DNA of 64,000 nt from assembly GCA_035627595.1 (NCBI GenBank), contig DASPLK010000002.1:224481-288480 (forward strand), read 5' to 3'. Below, piece by piece: positions 26,156-35,569 of the stretch. The DNA comes from Minisyncoccota bacterium (lineage in GTDB: Bacteria > Patescibacteriota > Minisyncoccia > Phycocordibacterales > Phycocordibacteraceae). Below the pieces are notes generated by a model. That model did not search any database and was not told the origin of the DNA. It was given only the letters and a program-made list of their open reading frames with translations. Every line of letters begins with the position of its first letter. Positions within the stretch are counted from its first letter, which is position 1. Both the position numbers and the translations under genes were made by a program.

Positions 26156-27637
26156 CTACTTCGCGAGGTCGAGAACCTCATCGATCCTTACTTCCTGGAC
26201 GAACTCCGGTACGTGTGAGACTAGCACCATTGCGCCCTCGTACTGATCGAGCGCCTTTGCGATCACCGGTAGGTGCCTGAAGTTGATGTGGTTGGTTGGC
26301 TCATCGAGGATAAGGAGGCCAGGACGGAGCAGTACGAGCTTCGCAAACGCGACCAGGCCTTTCTGCCCCTCAGAGAGCATGCCAATTTTCTTGTTTATCG
26401 TATCTGCCGTAATGAGAAATCCTGCGGCAGTTGCGCGCATCTGCTCCTCGTTCGGCTTCTCCATCGCCGCCAGCAATTCCTCGCGCGCAGTCTTATCAAA
26501 GTCAAGCGTCGAGAAGTCTTGGCGATAGTAGCCGACCTTAACACCCTTTTGTATAGCGGCTCCCTGGGCCGTGCCGCTTGCGATTGACTCGAGCAAGGTC
26601 GTCTTGCCGATGCCGTTTGGACCCTTCAGCTGAAGGTGCGAGTGGCGCTTTAGGACAATGTTCGCCTTTTTCTCCTTAGGCACGTGTTTCTTGGGATCCA
26701 TCACCGAAAGTGAGGTAATGGTGAGTATCTCGCCAATGATGTCTTCCTGCGCTGGGATAGTGAACGGACGAATGGTCTTATCCTCTTTACGGACATCAAC
26801 CTTCTCTTCTTCCATCTCTTCGATCTCTGTACGCATCTTCTTTGCCACAAGACGCATTTTGCCGCCCTTTTGCGCGAAGAAGTTAGCCTTGTCCTTGTTG
26901 TCCTGAATCTTCTTAGCCAGCTGCGCATTCTTACGATTCTCGCGCTCGATACGGGCAGTTATTTCTTTGAGAAGGTCGTAGTAGTTGCCGACGTACTGCT
27001 CTACCTGCCGGGTATGCACATCAAGATACAAAACGCCGTCGGTGAAGGAATTAAGGAACTCAGCATCATGCGAAATGACGAGACAGGTCTTTTGATAGTC
27101 TTTGAGAAACGCGGTCAGGTGCTCGATGCCTGCGTGATCCAGGTTGTTGGTTGGCTCGTCTAGAAGAAGAAGGTCCGGATCCTGTATGAGCGCCGAAGCC
27201 AAGAGGAGACGCGCCTGCTGGCCGCCGGAGAATGCGCCCACGAGTTTATCGTGCGAAGCATGCAGATTCACCACATCAAGGATGGCATCTATCTTCGGAT
27301 CAATATCGTACACGGTCTCCTTGAAGCGACTCTGGAAGAAGTCACGCACCGTCATGGTGCGCTCCTCAGGACGCACCACCTGGTGCGAGAGAGCGATGGA
27401 GGTGCGGGGCGAAAATACAATCTTGCCATCCTCAGGCTTGAGCGCATCAGTGATGAGCTTAAATATGGTGGTCTTGCCCGCACCGTTCTGTCCCATGACC
27501 GTCACTTTTGAGCCACGCTTAACAGAGAAGTTCACCCCGTCCAGGATGGGGTGATTATGACCGTACCCAAAGGATACGTCCTCGAATCGCACGACCGCCT
27601 CGCGGGGCGCGCTGTTTGTAGGTTTCTGACTAGCCAC
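26156..27637 (-). CDS. ABC-F family ATPase (two ABC domains, no TMD)
   Basis: Two Walker A motifs (GQNGAGKTT, GPNGIGKTT). Two signature motifs (FSGGQQARL, LSEGQKGLV). Inter-domain linker with charged coiled region. Confidence 0.85.
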   Translation of the reverse strand: MASQKPTNSAPREAVVRFEDVSFGYGHNHPILDGVNFSVKRGSKVTVMGQNGAGKTTIFKLITDALKPEDGKIVFSPRTSIALSHQVVRPEERTMTVRDFFQSRFKETVYDIDPKIDAILDVVNLHASHDKLVGAFSGGQQARLLLASALIQDPDLLLLDEPTNNLDHAGIEHLTAFLKDYQKTCLVISHDAEFLNSFTDGVLYLDVHTRQVEQYVGNYYDLLKEITARIERENRKNAQLAKKIQDNKDKANFFAQKGGKMRLVAKKMRTEIEEMEEEKVDVRKEDKTIRPFTIPAQEDIIGEILTITSLSVMDPKKHVPKEKKANIVLKRHSHLQLKGPNGIGKTTLLESIASGTAQGAAIQKGVKVGYYRQDFSTLDFDKTAREELLAAMEKPNEEQMRATAAGFLITADTINKKIGMLSEGQKGLVAFAKLVLLRPGLLILDEPTNHINFRHLPVIAKALDQYEGAMVLVSHVPEFVQEVRIDEVLDLAK

Positions 27638-27721
27638 GTTACTAGTACCCTACCTCAGCTTTGCCGTTCTCCCAAGCCCGTTCATTGCCGACTCACTCCT
27701 TCTCCCCCATACTTTTCGTAT

Positions 27722-28282
27722 ATGAGAACCTCAACCATCGTGCTCGCCATCCTGGCGCTCTTGGGCATAATCGTAGCGGTATACGCATACACCAAGGACG
27801 ATCCGGAATCGGTCGTTGCAGAACCGACATCATTTGCGGAGTGTGCAGTTCTATATCCAGTCATGGAAAGTTACCCGCGCCAGTGCAACACACCGTCGGG
27901 TCTCCACTTTACTGAGGAGGTGCCCGCACCAGTCGTGCCCGTACCTTCGGAGGCCGCTATTGAGGGCCTTATCGAAGTTGACCGCCCCGTCATCGACCAA
28001 GCAGTCGCGTCGCCGCTCAATATAAGCGGCAGGGCGCGCGGCTATTGGTTCTTCGAGGCAACGTTCCCGATAGAGCTGCAGGACGCTGCAGGCAATGTAA
28101 TTGCGGAGCACTACGCAGAGGCAGAAGGCGAATGGATGACGGAGGAGTTCGTACCGTACACCGCTTCCCTCACCTATCCTGCGCAGCCTGCTGGCTCTGA
28201 AGGTTCCCTGGTACTCAGGCGTTCGAATGCCTCAGGAGACCCGGAACGTGATCAGGAACTGGTCATCCCCGTTAGTTTCTAA
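27722..28282 (+). CDS. Secreted protein with Gmad2-like immunoglobulin-like domain
   Basis: Signal/anchor MRTSTIVLAILALLGIIVAVYAY. GYWFFEATFPIELQDAAGNVIAEHYAEAEGEWMTEEFVPY resembles the Gmad2 Ig-like domain. Track N-terminal extension rejected. Confidence 0.5.
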   Translation: MRTSTIVLAILALLGIIVAVYAYTKDDPESVVAEPTSFAECAVLYPVMESYPRQCNTPSGLHFTEEVPAPVVPVPSEAAIEGLIEVDRPVIDQAVASPLNISGRARGYWFFEATFPIELQDAAGNVIAEHYAEAEGEWMTEEFVPYTASLTYPAQPAGSEGSLVLRRSNASGDPERDQELVIPVSF

Positions 28283-28857
28283 CGATCCACGAGCAGTGGG
28301 TACGGGTTAACAGGACCCTCCTGGGTGTACATACCGAAATGGAGATGCGGCGGCGTACCCGTCGCATTTCCCGTATTGCCCACATATCCAATGACCGTAT
28401 CAGGGGTGAGCGAAGTGCCGAATGCTATGCCGTCAGCGACGCGATTGAGATGCGCGTAGTAGTAGCGGATGCCGCCAGGACCTATCGTAAACACGATGGT
28501 ACCGCCGAGACGGTTCTCGCCCGCACGAAGCACGTAACCGCGCGTAGCAGCGTATACCGGCGTACCACGGGGTGCGAATATATCAGTCCCTTCGTGATAG
28601 CGCCCTTCGCTTCGCGCCTCGCCCCAGGTGTCTGCGACCTCACGCAGTCGTATCCCAGAAACGGGTAGCGGGAGCTCCGTTGTTGGTGGCTCTGCAGTTA
28701 GTCGCGCGACCCGGTACGGAAGTGCAAGGGTATCAAAATAGTCTGCCAGCTGGATGACTATATCTGCCTGGTGTTCATTCCAGGCGCGGAACGTATAGCC
28801 AAAGGAAATAAATATTAAGAGGCAGAGGAAAAGCGCGAACATGCTCCGGCGCGTCAT
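28279..28857 (-). CDS. Peptidase M23 family (LytM-type) metalloendopeptidase
   Basis: HEGTDIFAPRGTPVYAATRGYV...GNTGNATGTPPHLHFGMY (HxxxD ... HxH zinc ligands). N-terminal TM anchor. Confidence 0.8.
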   Translation of the reverse strand: MTRRSMFALFLCLLIFISFGYTFRAWNEHQADIVIQLADYFDTLALPYRVARLTAEPPTTELPLPVSGIRLREVADTWGEARSEGRYHEGTDIFAPRGTPVYAATRGYVLRAGENRLGGTIVFTIGPGGIRYYYAHLNRVADGIAFGTSLTPDTVIGYVGNTGNATGTPPHLHFGMYTQEGPVNPYPLLVDR

Positions 28858-28896
28858 ACCTGAAGCGTACTAGATGCGTCAGAAGCGCGGATGAAG

Positions 28897-29382
28897 CTAG
28901 TTTGAGACCTGGAAGTACTTGGTCGTACCGTTTGGTCCTACGGTCGATGCCTCAAACACACCAGTTCCCGCGTTAACCGTCGGTACAGTTAAATTCGTAA
29001 GGATGACCGGCTCGTCTGAGTATTCGAGGTTCGCATAAAGCGCACAATGTCCGCCGGCGGTAACGAGGTAGCGATAAAGCGTGTTAGACGCAGTGCCATT
29101 TGGGTCCAGCGGGATGGTAGAGAGGTACTCAGCATACTGCGCGTTCTGCGCTATGAGCTCTGGTACGATTTCGGAAATATCGTAGTCGCCCGGGCCTGCG
29201 TTTGGAAGATAGCAATTGCCCGTTAAGATGCGACCAAATTGCGATATCTCCATCATACGTTCAGAGTCGCGTGCCTTCGTGCGTGCCTGCGTTGTCGCAA
29301 CAAGCGCTATGGAAGTAAGTATTCCAATAATAGCGATGACGATAAGGAGTTCGAGCAGGGAGAAGCCGCGTCTAGTGTTCAT
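28897..29382 (-). CDS. Type IV pilin / pseudopilin (prepilin N-terminal cleavage-methylation domain)
   Basis: MNTRRGFSLLELLIVIAIIGILTSIALVATTQ shows the class III signal G-F-S-L-L-E with Glu+5. Confidence 0.75.
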   Translation of the reverse strand: MNTRRGFSLLELLIVIAIIGILTSIALVATTQARTKARDSERMMEISQFGRILTGNCYLPNAGPGDYDISEIVPELIAQNAQYAEYLSTIPLDPNGTASNTLYRYLVTAGGHCALYANLEYSDEPVILTNLTVPTVNAGTGVFEASTVGPNGTTKYFQVSN

Positions 29383-29402
29383 GGATACCCGTATGCTAGC
29401 AC

Positions 29403-29531
29403 CTAGTTAAAGACGCTTCGAAAGATATCAAGGTTCCCTTCAACTACGAATTGATATGCCCTCCTGAGATCAAAGCCAAATAGCGCAAAGAAGATGAGTA
29501 TAAGCACTGCGAGTATGAGTACTGTCTGCAT
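29403..29531 (-). CDS. Small membrane protein (42 aa), not in ORF track
   Basis: Minus-strand ORF MQTVLILAVLILIFFALFGFDLRRAYQFVVEGNLDIFRSVFN with SD AGGTGA 8 nt upstream. A 50-aa version from an upstream ATG lacks an SD. Sits between the DsbB-like and pilin genes. Confidence 0.3.
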   Translation of the reverse strand: MQTVLILAVLILIFFALFGFDLRRAYQFVVEGNLDIFRSVFN

Positions 29532-29556
29532 GCCGCTGTCACCTCGCTTTGCCATG

Positions 29557-30078
29557 CTATTTGCGCATAAGTAGCATGAGCGCTGCTGCTAGGACGAACG
29601 CTGCAGCCGCCATCAGTGGAAATGTTACAAACCCGAACTCGAATATGATGCGTTGCGCGCAATCTGCAGCACCGGGAGCAGCAGGACACGGCAACTCTCC
29701 GACAGCACCCATCTGAAGCAGATGCTGATACAGGGCGATTACTGCACCGGGGATAGAAAGCCCGAGAATATACTTTCCGACGCCACGGTCCTTTGTGATA
29801 AGCGCGATACCGAGAATGATCGGCATTGGGTATAGGAGCGCGCGCTGCAACCAGCAGAGCCCGCAGGGCGCGATGCCCCACAAGTCCGAATAAACGAGCG
29901 ACATGAGGGATGCGCCGAGCGTAAGTACAAACGCGAGCGGAAGCACGTACGCGCGCACACCATCAAGGAGCGCTTGCCTTTTAAGGGCGACGAGCGCGAA
30001 TATGACCGCAGCCGCGATAAGCGAGAGCACGGTCCCGAATGCAAGGAAATCGGTCACATGTGCCGCGGTCTCGGTCAT
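29557..30078 (-). CDS. DsbB/BdbC-family disulfide bond formation protein
   Basis: Four TM helices with two Cys pairs (PCGLCW in loop 1, CPAAPGAADC in loop 2). Confidence 0.7.
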   Translation of the reverse strand: MTETAAHVTDFLAFGTVLSLIAAAVIFALVALKRQALLDGVRAYVLPLAFVLTLGASLMSLVYSDLWGIAPCGLCWLQRALLYPMPIILGIALITKDRGVGKYILGLSIPGAVIALYQHLLQMGAVGELPCPAAPGAADCAQRIIFEFGFVTFPLMAAAAFVLAAALMLLMRK

Positions 30079-30081
30079 ACG

Positions 30082-30456
30082 CTATGCAGGAAGCTCACAG
30101 GAGGTCTTCTGAGAAAGCGCCTCGAGGCTCTGTGTACCGTCGAGCCGTGTACCGTCCGGAAAGACCCAGGTCGGGTACCCGGTGATGCCTGCATCGGTAC
30201 AGACCTGAAGCTGGCCCTGGCCGCTCGGCTGCGAACATTCGACGTACGGAAGAAGCTTTTCAGACTTGCCGAACATCGCCTTCTGCTGCTGGCAGTGCGG
30301 GCACCAGAACGCGCCATAGAAGAGTGCGCCGCTATCCTTGAGGCAGGTGGCGAACGAGTCGTGCTTGCCTGGCTGGGTCATGTACCACGCCCAGTAGCCC
30401 ATGGGAACGCCTATAAGCAGGAGGAGCACGATGAGAATCGGAAGTCGCTTTTTCAT
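30082..30456 (-). CDS. Thioredoxin-fold thiol-disulfide oxidoreductase (CPHC), membrane-anchored
   Basis: N-terminal anchor then FWCPHCQQQK active site. 4-nt gap upstream of the DsbB-like gene. Confidence 0.65.
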   Translation of the reverse strand: MKKRLPILIVLLLLIGVPMGYWAWYMTQPGKHDSFATCLKDSGALFYGAFWCPHCQQQKAMFGKSEKLLPYVECSQPSGQGQLQVCTDAGITGYPTWVFPDGTRLDGTQSLEALSQKTSCELPA

Positions 30457-30477
30457 GATCTCAAGTATAGCAAACGG

Positions 30478-31031
30478 CTATGCCAGAAGTATCTTGATAG
30501 CGAGACCGATGAGAACAAATGCGCCAATGGTCTGCACACGGCTCCCAAGTACGAGCGTGCCTTTATTCCCGAGGTACATGCCGAGCAATCCAGCAGCAAA
30601 CGTAACGCCGCCGATAAGCGTTACCGCGAGCGGCATGTTAACCGTCACAAAATTAAAGGTGAATCCGATGACGAGCGCGTCAACGCTGGTCGCTAGTGCA
30701 AGGATGAAAAGCGTGCCTGGATGCATGATACGCTCCACATCCCCTTCGCCTTTAGAGAAAGAGTCCTTGAGCATCTTGAGGCCGACGAATAAAAGAAGCA
30801 CGAAGCCGATTATGTGTCCGTACGCTGAAAGATATTCGCGGAATCCATACCCGAGCAAAAGTCCCACTACCGGCATCATTGCGTGGAAAAACGCAAACAC
30901 CCCTGAGACGAAGAGTGCATTTTTAAGGGTCGGCTTGTGTGCCGCGCTTGCAGCAAGGCACACGACTGCTACGTCGACAGCAAGACTGAGCGCGATGGAA
31001 AGGAGTTCGAGGAAGCCCATTCGACCTAGCA
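30478..31031 (-). CDS. mntP: Putative manganese efflux pump MntP (DUF204)
   Basis: Six hydrophobic helices. LELLSIALSLAVDVAVVCLAASAAHK and ALATSVDALVIGFTF are duplicated DUF204 halves. Start trimmed, because the track N-terminus overlaps the terminator hairpin at 31071-31096. Confidence 0.55.
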
Positions 31032-31070
31032 TAGCGATGAAGGTATATGGAGGCAAGCGCATATGAAGAA

Positions 31071-31096
31071 GCCCCGTCCGATCTCCCGGACGGGGC
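31071..31096 (-). terminator. Hairpin gccccgtccg-atctcc-cggacggggc downstream of the high-GC LuxR-like gene
   Basis: 10-bp perfect stem. On the minus strand it is followed by TTCTTCAT. Confidence 0.4.
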
Positions 31097-31112
31097 TCAA
31101 GTCTCAACGGTC

Positions 31113-32546
31113 CTAGGACCGCTTAACGAACAGCACTGCGCTCACGCAGGCGAAGACCGGTTCGAAGGAGACGACGTGGTCGACTCGCTCGATCCGGTAC
31201 CCTTCCGCATATGCGGCCGCCTGGTCCTCCGCAAAGGACGCAGAGCTGCTCCAGAGAACGCGTACGCTCCGTATGTCCTGCGGATTCCGCAGAGCAGAGC
31301 CGGAAGGCCCGGTCGTGGATATTTGGACAGGAGGAGCGGGAAGCTCTTCCGATCCCGGCTCCTCGATCGGCGGTGGCACAGGCGCGGCCGGTTCAGGCTC
31401 GAGTTGCGGCATTGCCGATTCCAGAACCGTCGCTTCCGCTGGAGTTGCCGGCTCGAGGGCCAGCGTCTCCTGCACCACCTCGTCGTTCGCCGCAGTCAGC
31501 ACCTCCGCATTCTGGCCAGCTCTGAAGATCTGCCAGGCACGGATGAGGAATTTGCGCTCCTCGGTGCCACGAATACGAGCGCTCGCAGAGTTGCCGGCAG
31601 GGACCTCGAACTGCTCGCGCAGCCGCTTGATCATCTGCGACATATTCGCTTCAGTGGTGTCGAGCGCATGGGCTGCCTGGGCATACTCACCGTACTTTGC
31701 GAGCGCATCGAGGAACTCGATGGCCCGCTTGGTCACCTTGTCCGCCGAGACGAACGCGGCGATACGCTTGGCAAGCGCCGCAAGCTCTGGCTCTGCTTCC
31801 GTCGGAGACGGTGCAGCAACCAGAACCAGTGGTTGCGGGGTCGTGTTGTCCACGACTTCCGCCGCCACCTGGTCGCCCGAAGCATGCGCTTCGATGATAA
31901 GCGCGCGAACGCGTTCATCATCGAACGGGATACGGATGCCGAGCGACTTGCAGAGCTTCTGCAGGTGACTCTCGACAGTCGATCGATCCGCGCCGCCGTC
32001 TTTTGCATGGAGTAGTTCGACCATGTGTTCGACGGTATGGCCCGCAACGACCCAGCTCAGGAACTGCCGCTTCCACTCCGTGAGATCAGGAAAGCGAGCG
32101 GCCACATCCTGAGGAGTCGGCAGCGGGCTATCACTGACCATGGAGACCACTGGAGCTGGAGCTGGAGCTTGGGGCTCCGAAGCGGGCTCCGGCGCGCCAA
32201 GACACGGTGAAGTAAGTGCCTTGATGAGAAACTGTTCCGTCTCTGGTTCCGGACGCCACCCTTCCCGCTCATAGATGCGATCGATGACGGCTGCCGCCTG
32301 ACGCTTCTGCAGCGACGAAAGACTGAGATTGATGCCGAGCCGTTTGTAGAGCGTATTGAGGCGCTCTTCAAGATGCGCTCGGTTAACCCTCGCCATGATA
32401 CAAAGCTTGGCGTCGTCATCCGAGATGCACGAGAGGAGGTCCGAGTCGCTGCCGCTCAGTTTGGCGACACGTGTACGGATACTCTTCAGGTTCAGGCTCG
32501 GGGGAAATCGCCCGCCCGCCGGGCTCGTCGGTTGCAGTGCATGCAT
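31113..32546 (-). CDS. High-GC, Pro/Ala-rich protein with two to three LuxR/GerE-type HTH-like modules (putative transcriptional regulator), foreign-looking
   Basis: LTEWKRQFLSWVVAGHTVEHMVELLH...STVESHLQKLCKSLGI is LuxR-type HTH-like. Weaker copies at residues about 20-75 and about 260-320. About 63% GC versus about 53% for adjacent mntP and ROK genes. Confidence 0.5.
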   Translation of the reverse strand: MHALQPTSPAGGRFPPSLNLKSIRTRVAKLSGSDSDLLSCISDDDAKLCIMARVNRAHLEERLNTLYKRLGINLSLSSLQKRQAAAVIDRIYEREGWRPEPETEQFLIKALTSPCLGAPEPASEPQAPAPAPVVSMVSDSPLPTPQDVAARFPDLTEWKRQFLSWVVAGHTVEHMVELLHAKDGGADRSTVESHLQKLCKSLGIRIPFDDERVRALIIEAHASGDQVAAEVVDNTTPQPLVLVAAPSPTEAEPELAALAKRIAAFVSADKVTKRAIEFLDALAKYGEYAQAAHALDTTEANMSQMIKRLREQFEVPAGNSASARIRGTEERKFLIRAWQIFRAGQNAEVLTAANDEVVQETLALEPATPAEATVLESAMPQLEPEPAAPVPPPIEEPGSEELPAPPVQISTTGPSGSALRNPQDIRSVRVLWSSSASFAEDQAAAYAEGYRIERVDHVVSFEPVFACVSAVLFVKRS

Positions 32547-32637
32547 TACAGTGCCCTTTCGCGTTTGGGTTTCGGTTGTATGGGACTATCCCATTTTGGA
32601 TTATGCTTAGTTTCTTAAGAAATACAAGAATGCACTT

Positions 32638-33420
32638 TTACGACGCCAATGAGAGAGCGCCTATGAGCCCTGCTGCATCCCCAAGCGTCGCCGGCACTAG
32701 TTCAGGCATCGACTGGCCATCTGCAATACGCGTGAGCTCTATTGCGATTCGATGAATAGAGAAACCCGGCTCCTTTAAAATCATCGCGCCTCCTAGAACA
32801 ACAATATCTGGAGACCATGTGCGCACGAGGTTATAGATACCCACCGCAAGTGCACTGGTTCGATCGTTATATACCGAGAGTGGAATGTCTTTTGGCGACA
32901 GACATGTCTCACGTGCAAGCGCTGCGCCGCTTACCAAGTCCTCAAGCGTACGCCCTGTTGCAAAATCTATGATCTGTTTGCCCGGCTCAAGTCCGTGCGC
33001 AGACGGCTGCAGCGCACCATCCACAACAAGGGTGCCGCCTGCACCGGTTCCGACCGTAAGGTACGCGACGATCTGATGGTTCTTCCCTGCGCCCTCGAGC
33101 GCTTCGCCAAGCCCCTCCACATCTGCATCGTTCATAAGTATCGCTGGAGCCTTGAACGCATCTGCAGCCATACTCTGGAAATTGGACTTCTCCCATCCTG
33201 GGAGGTTCGGGGCGCCTGTTATGGCGCCGTTATCGACGGCGCCGGCGACACCACCAGAGACCATGTCTATGCTCTGACCACCCACGAATTCGCGCATAAA
33301 TGTTATTGCATCCTCAGGACTCTTAGGTGTTGGTACCTTGCGCACCTCGCCCATCACACCCTCCTCGTTGATGGAGAGTCGCATATTTGTTCCGCCGATA
33401 TCAAAAAGGAGAACGTTCAT
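32638..33420 (-). CDS. ROK-family sugar kinase (glucokinase-like)
   Basis: N-terminal LLFDIGGTNMRL phosphate-1 motif, ...VGTGAGGTLVVDG. 260 aa. Confidence 0.7.
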   Translation of the reverse strand: MNVLLFDIGGTNMRLSINEEGVMGEVRKVPTPKSPEDAITFMREFVGGQSIDMVSGGVAGAVDNGAITGAPNLPGWEKSNFQSMAADAFKAPAILMNDADVEGLGEALEGAGKNHQIVAYLTVGTGAGGTLVVDGALQPSAHGLEPGKQIIDFATGRTLEDLVSGAALARETCLSPKDIPLSVYNDRTSALAVGIYNLVRTWSPDIVVLGGAMILKEPGFSIHRIAIELTRIADGQSMPELVPATLGDAAGLIGALSLAS

Positions 33421-34331
33421 AGGCGCTTCTTGAATTCTGCGATAAGCGGGGTCGCATCCGCCTCCACACCATACGATCCCGCCAGCGTATGCGATGCTTC
33501 GCGAAATAGCTGCCAGATGTATAGTATGCCCTCAATCCGACCTTCAGGGATCTGTAGTGCGTGCGTTTCCAGTCCACGCTCGTCCATGAGCTCCCTAAAC
33601 AGCTTCATGCGCCGCCGTATCCCCTGATGGTCTCCTCGATCCTCAAATAGCACTGGGACAAGGTCCTTAGCTAGATCGGTCGGACCCTTTGGATCGATAC
33701 CCTGGAACTCGTTATGGTTCAGCTCGGGAAATACATTTGCAAATGCGGGGACCTTTGCTGTCTCATTTAAAAGTATCTTCGCAATATACGTGTGCGCTTC
33801 GTTACGTGTCGAGGCGTATAGGAGAGGAATGCGATCCTGAAGCGCGTTCGCAAGGTGCAATACTGAGCGCTCGTCTACAATGATCTGCGTATCAAGGGCA
33901 CGAAGCACCTCCTCTTCTTTCAATAGCGCGGCGAGTGCTTTTGTGAGAAATCCAAACGCATCACGCGGCTCTAGTCCGGTCTTTGGCACCATAATCCTCG
34001 GCGTCTTCAAGAACTCTGCCTTGGAAAGAAGCGTCCCGCCGGTCGTGATAACAACTGTTTGATGTCCGCGGTTATGCGCAGCATCCAAAAATGAGATTGT
34101 TTCTTCGGTTTCTCCTGAATAGGAGATCGCGACATAGAGCGCGTCCTTGGGCGCGTGGTCGGGAAGATCGTAGTCGCGATGCACCGTGAGTGGCGTGTGA
34201 GTACACGATTGAAGCGCGAGCGCCGGGAGCGCAGAACCACCCATACCGCCCACAATCACCGAAGCAAAGTCGCTCACTTCCCCTTCTAGCTTCGGCTGAA
34301 AGCCTCGTTGCATTATCAGGATGTCGTTCAT
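33417..34331 (-). CDS. SIS-domain sugar-phosphate isomerase (bifunctional phosphoglucose/phosphomannose isomerase-like)
   Basis: SVIVGGMGGSALPALAL...VAISYSGETEETIS is the SIS phosphosugar-binding fold. Size and layout match the archaeal-type PGI/PMI family. Confidence 0.6.
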   Translation of the reverse strand: MNDILIMQRGFQPKLEGEVSDFASVIVGGMGGSALPALALQSCTHTPLTVHRDYDLPDHAPKDALYVAISYSGETEETISFLDAAHNRGHQTVVITTGGTLLSKAEFLKTPRIMVPKTGLEPRDAFGFLTKALAALLKEEEVLRALDTQIIVDERSVLHLANALQDRIPLLYASTRNEAHTYIAKILLNETAKVPAFANVFPELNHNEFQGIDPKGPTDLAKDLVPVLFEDRGDHQGIRRRMKLFRELMDERGLETHALQIPEGRIEGILYIWQLFREASHTLAGSYGVEADATPLIAEFKKRL

Positions 34332-35515
34332 GGCTCCATATCAAGCACGAGCGTACCCCAGGTGAATCGAGGGGCGCCGTAGGCCTCTCCAGTCTCCGGA
34401 TTGAAGTACTCCCGAAATCCGCAGCGCTCTATGTTCTCGCGACTTACCGTAGCAATCCACGATGCCTCTTTATCGTATCCATATGCTTTCAAGCCGTGAT
34501 AGATGAACCAGTGTGGCGCAAACCATATAGGTCCTCTCCAGAAGCCGTTAGGGCGATATGAAGGCTCCTTCTTTGAGACCGTGCGTATGCCAAAGGGCGA
34601 ATAGAACGTATCAGGATTATAGAAGTGCTCTTTGATGAGACGATCAGCTTCCTCTTTGGTGTATAGGTTAGCAAACAGCGGGGCGAAATGCGCCCAGGTA
34701 TGCACGTGGAGTAGATCATGCTCGGGACCGGTACCTGACCAGAAGATACCGTCGAACAAAAGGTGTTCGCGCATTGCGTCTCTGATGAGGCCCGCGTGGA
34801 GGGTCGCATAGCGCTCTGCCTCTTCCTCTCCGAGTAATGAAGCGATGTGCGCGAGCACCTCGAGGTTCTTGATGAGAATCGCGTTGAACGGTACGTCCTT
34901 TACCCAAAAATGGTTACGGGTACAAACATCCACCTCAAAATTGCAAGTACGGTTAGCAGCCATCAGCTTCTGTCGCTCGTACATATGCCCGAAGAACGAG
35001 ATGTCGGGATTCAAGCGCATTGGGTCATCAAAACGTGGAGAGTTGTCCTCGCCTGACTCGTCCGGGTTAATGATGCTCGCCAGGTGGTGGTCGTTCGGGT
35101 CGCGTGCCTCAACGACATAACGGTAGAAATTGAAGATCTTTGGAAAAAGCTCCTTCAGGAATCCTATGTCGTTGGTGTGTTTGTATATCTCCCATGCCGC
35201 GTACGCAACGAGTGGAGGCTGTGTGATGGAACTTGTGCCCTTCTTGCCCCAGCCGATGTTGTACGGACGAAAGATGCGCGGGCTCCAGAAGATCATATGC
35301 GGAATCATTCCATCCTCGAACTGGCGGGATAGCAATGAGCGCAGCTCTGCGATCGCAGCCTCAGGCTCCAGTTTTGCGAGCACGATGATGTGGAAGCAGG
35401 AATCCCAAAGCCATTGGTACGGATACGTGGTCGGAGACGGCACCGTATATTGATGCCCGGTAGCTAGGCGCCTATTTGCCCGCAGGAGGTCCTTGGATGC
35501 CTCGCGGAAGTCCAT
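34328..35515 (-). CDS. Glycoside hydrolase, (alpha/alpha)6-barrel GH63-like (mannosyl/glucosyl-glycerate hydrolase-like)
   Basis: YPYQWLWDSCFHIIVL is typical of the GH63/MGH family. Acidic catalytic candidates are present. Confidence 0.55.
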   Translation of the reverse strand: MDFREASKDLLRANRRLATGHQYTVPSPTTYPYQWLWDSCFHIIVLAKLEPEAAIAELRSLLSRQFEDGMIPHMIFWSPRIFRPYNIGWGKKGTSSITQPPLVAYAAWEIYKHTNDIGFLKELFPKIFNFYRYVVEARDPNDHHLASIINPDESGEDNSPRFDDPMRLNPDISFFGHMYERQKLMAANRTCNFEVDVCTRNHFWVKDVPFNAILIKNLEVLAHIASLLGEEEAERYATLHAGLIRDAMREHLLFDGIFWSGTGPEHDLLHVHTWAHFAPLFANLYTKEEADRLIKEHFYNPDTFYSPFGIRTVSKKEPSYRPNGFWRGPIWFAPHWFIYHGLKAYGYDKEASWIATVSRENIERCGFREYFNPETGEAYGAPRFTWGTLVLDMEP

Positions 35516-35569
35516 GTACGTATCCTAGCAGTGCAGGAACAGATACGCGTTGCGCTATCCACGGATGAA

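Noticed and set aside
27551-27721. 57-aa N-terminal extension of the Gmad2-like ORF in the track
   Set aside because: The extension overlaps the ABC-F gene on the other strand. A signal-peptide-bearing start exists at ATG 27722.
29444-29881. 145-aa Cys/Arg-rich minus-strand ORF
   Set aside because: It is an alternative frame of the DsbB-like gene. The DsbB frame has four TM helices and two Cys pairs.
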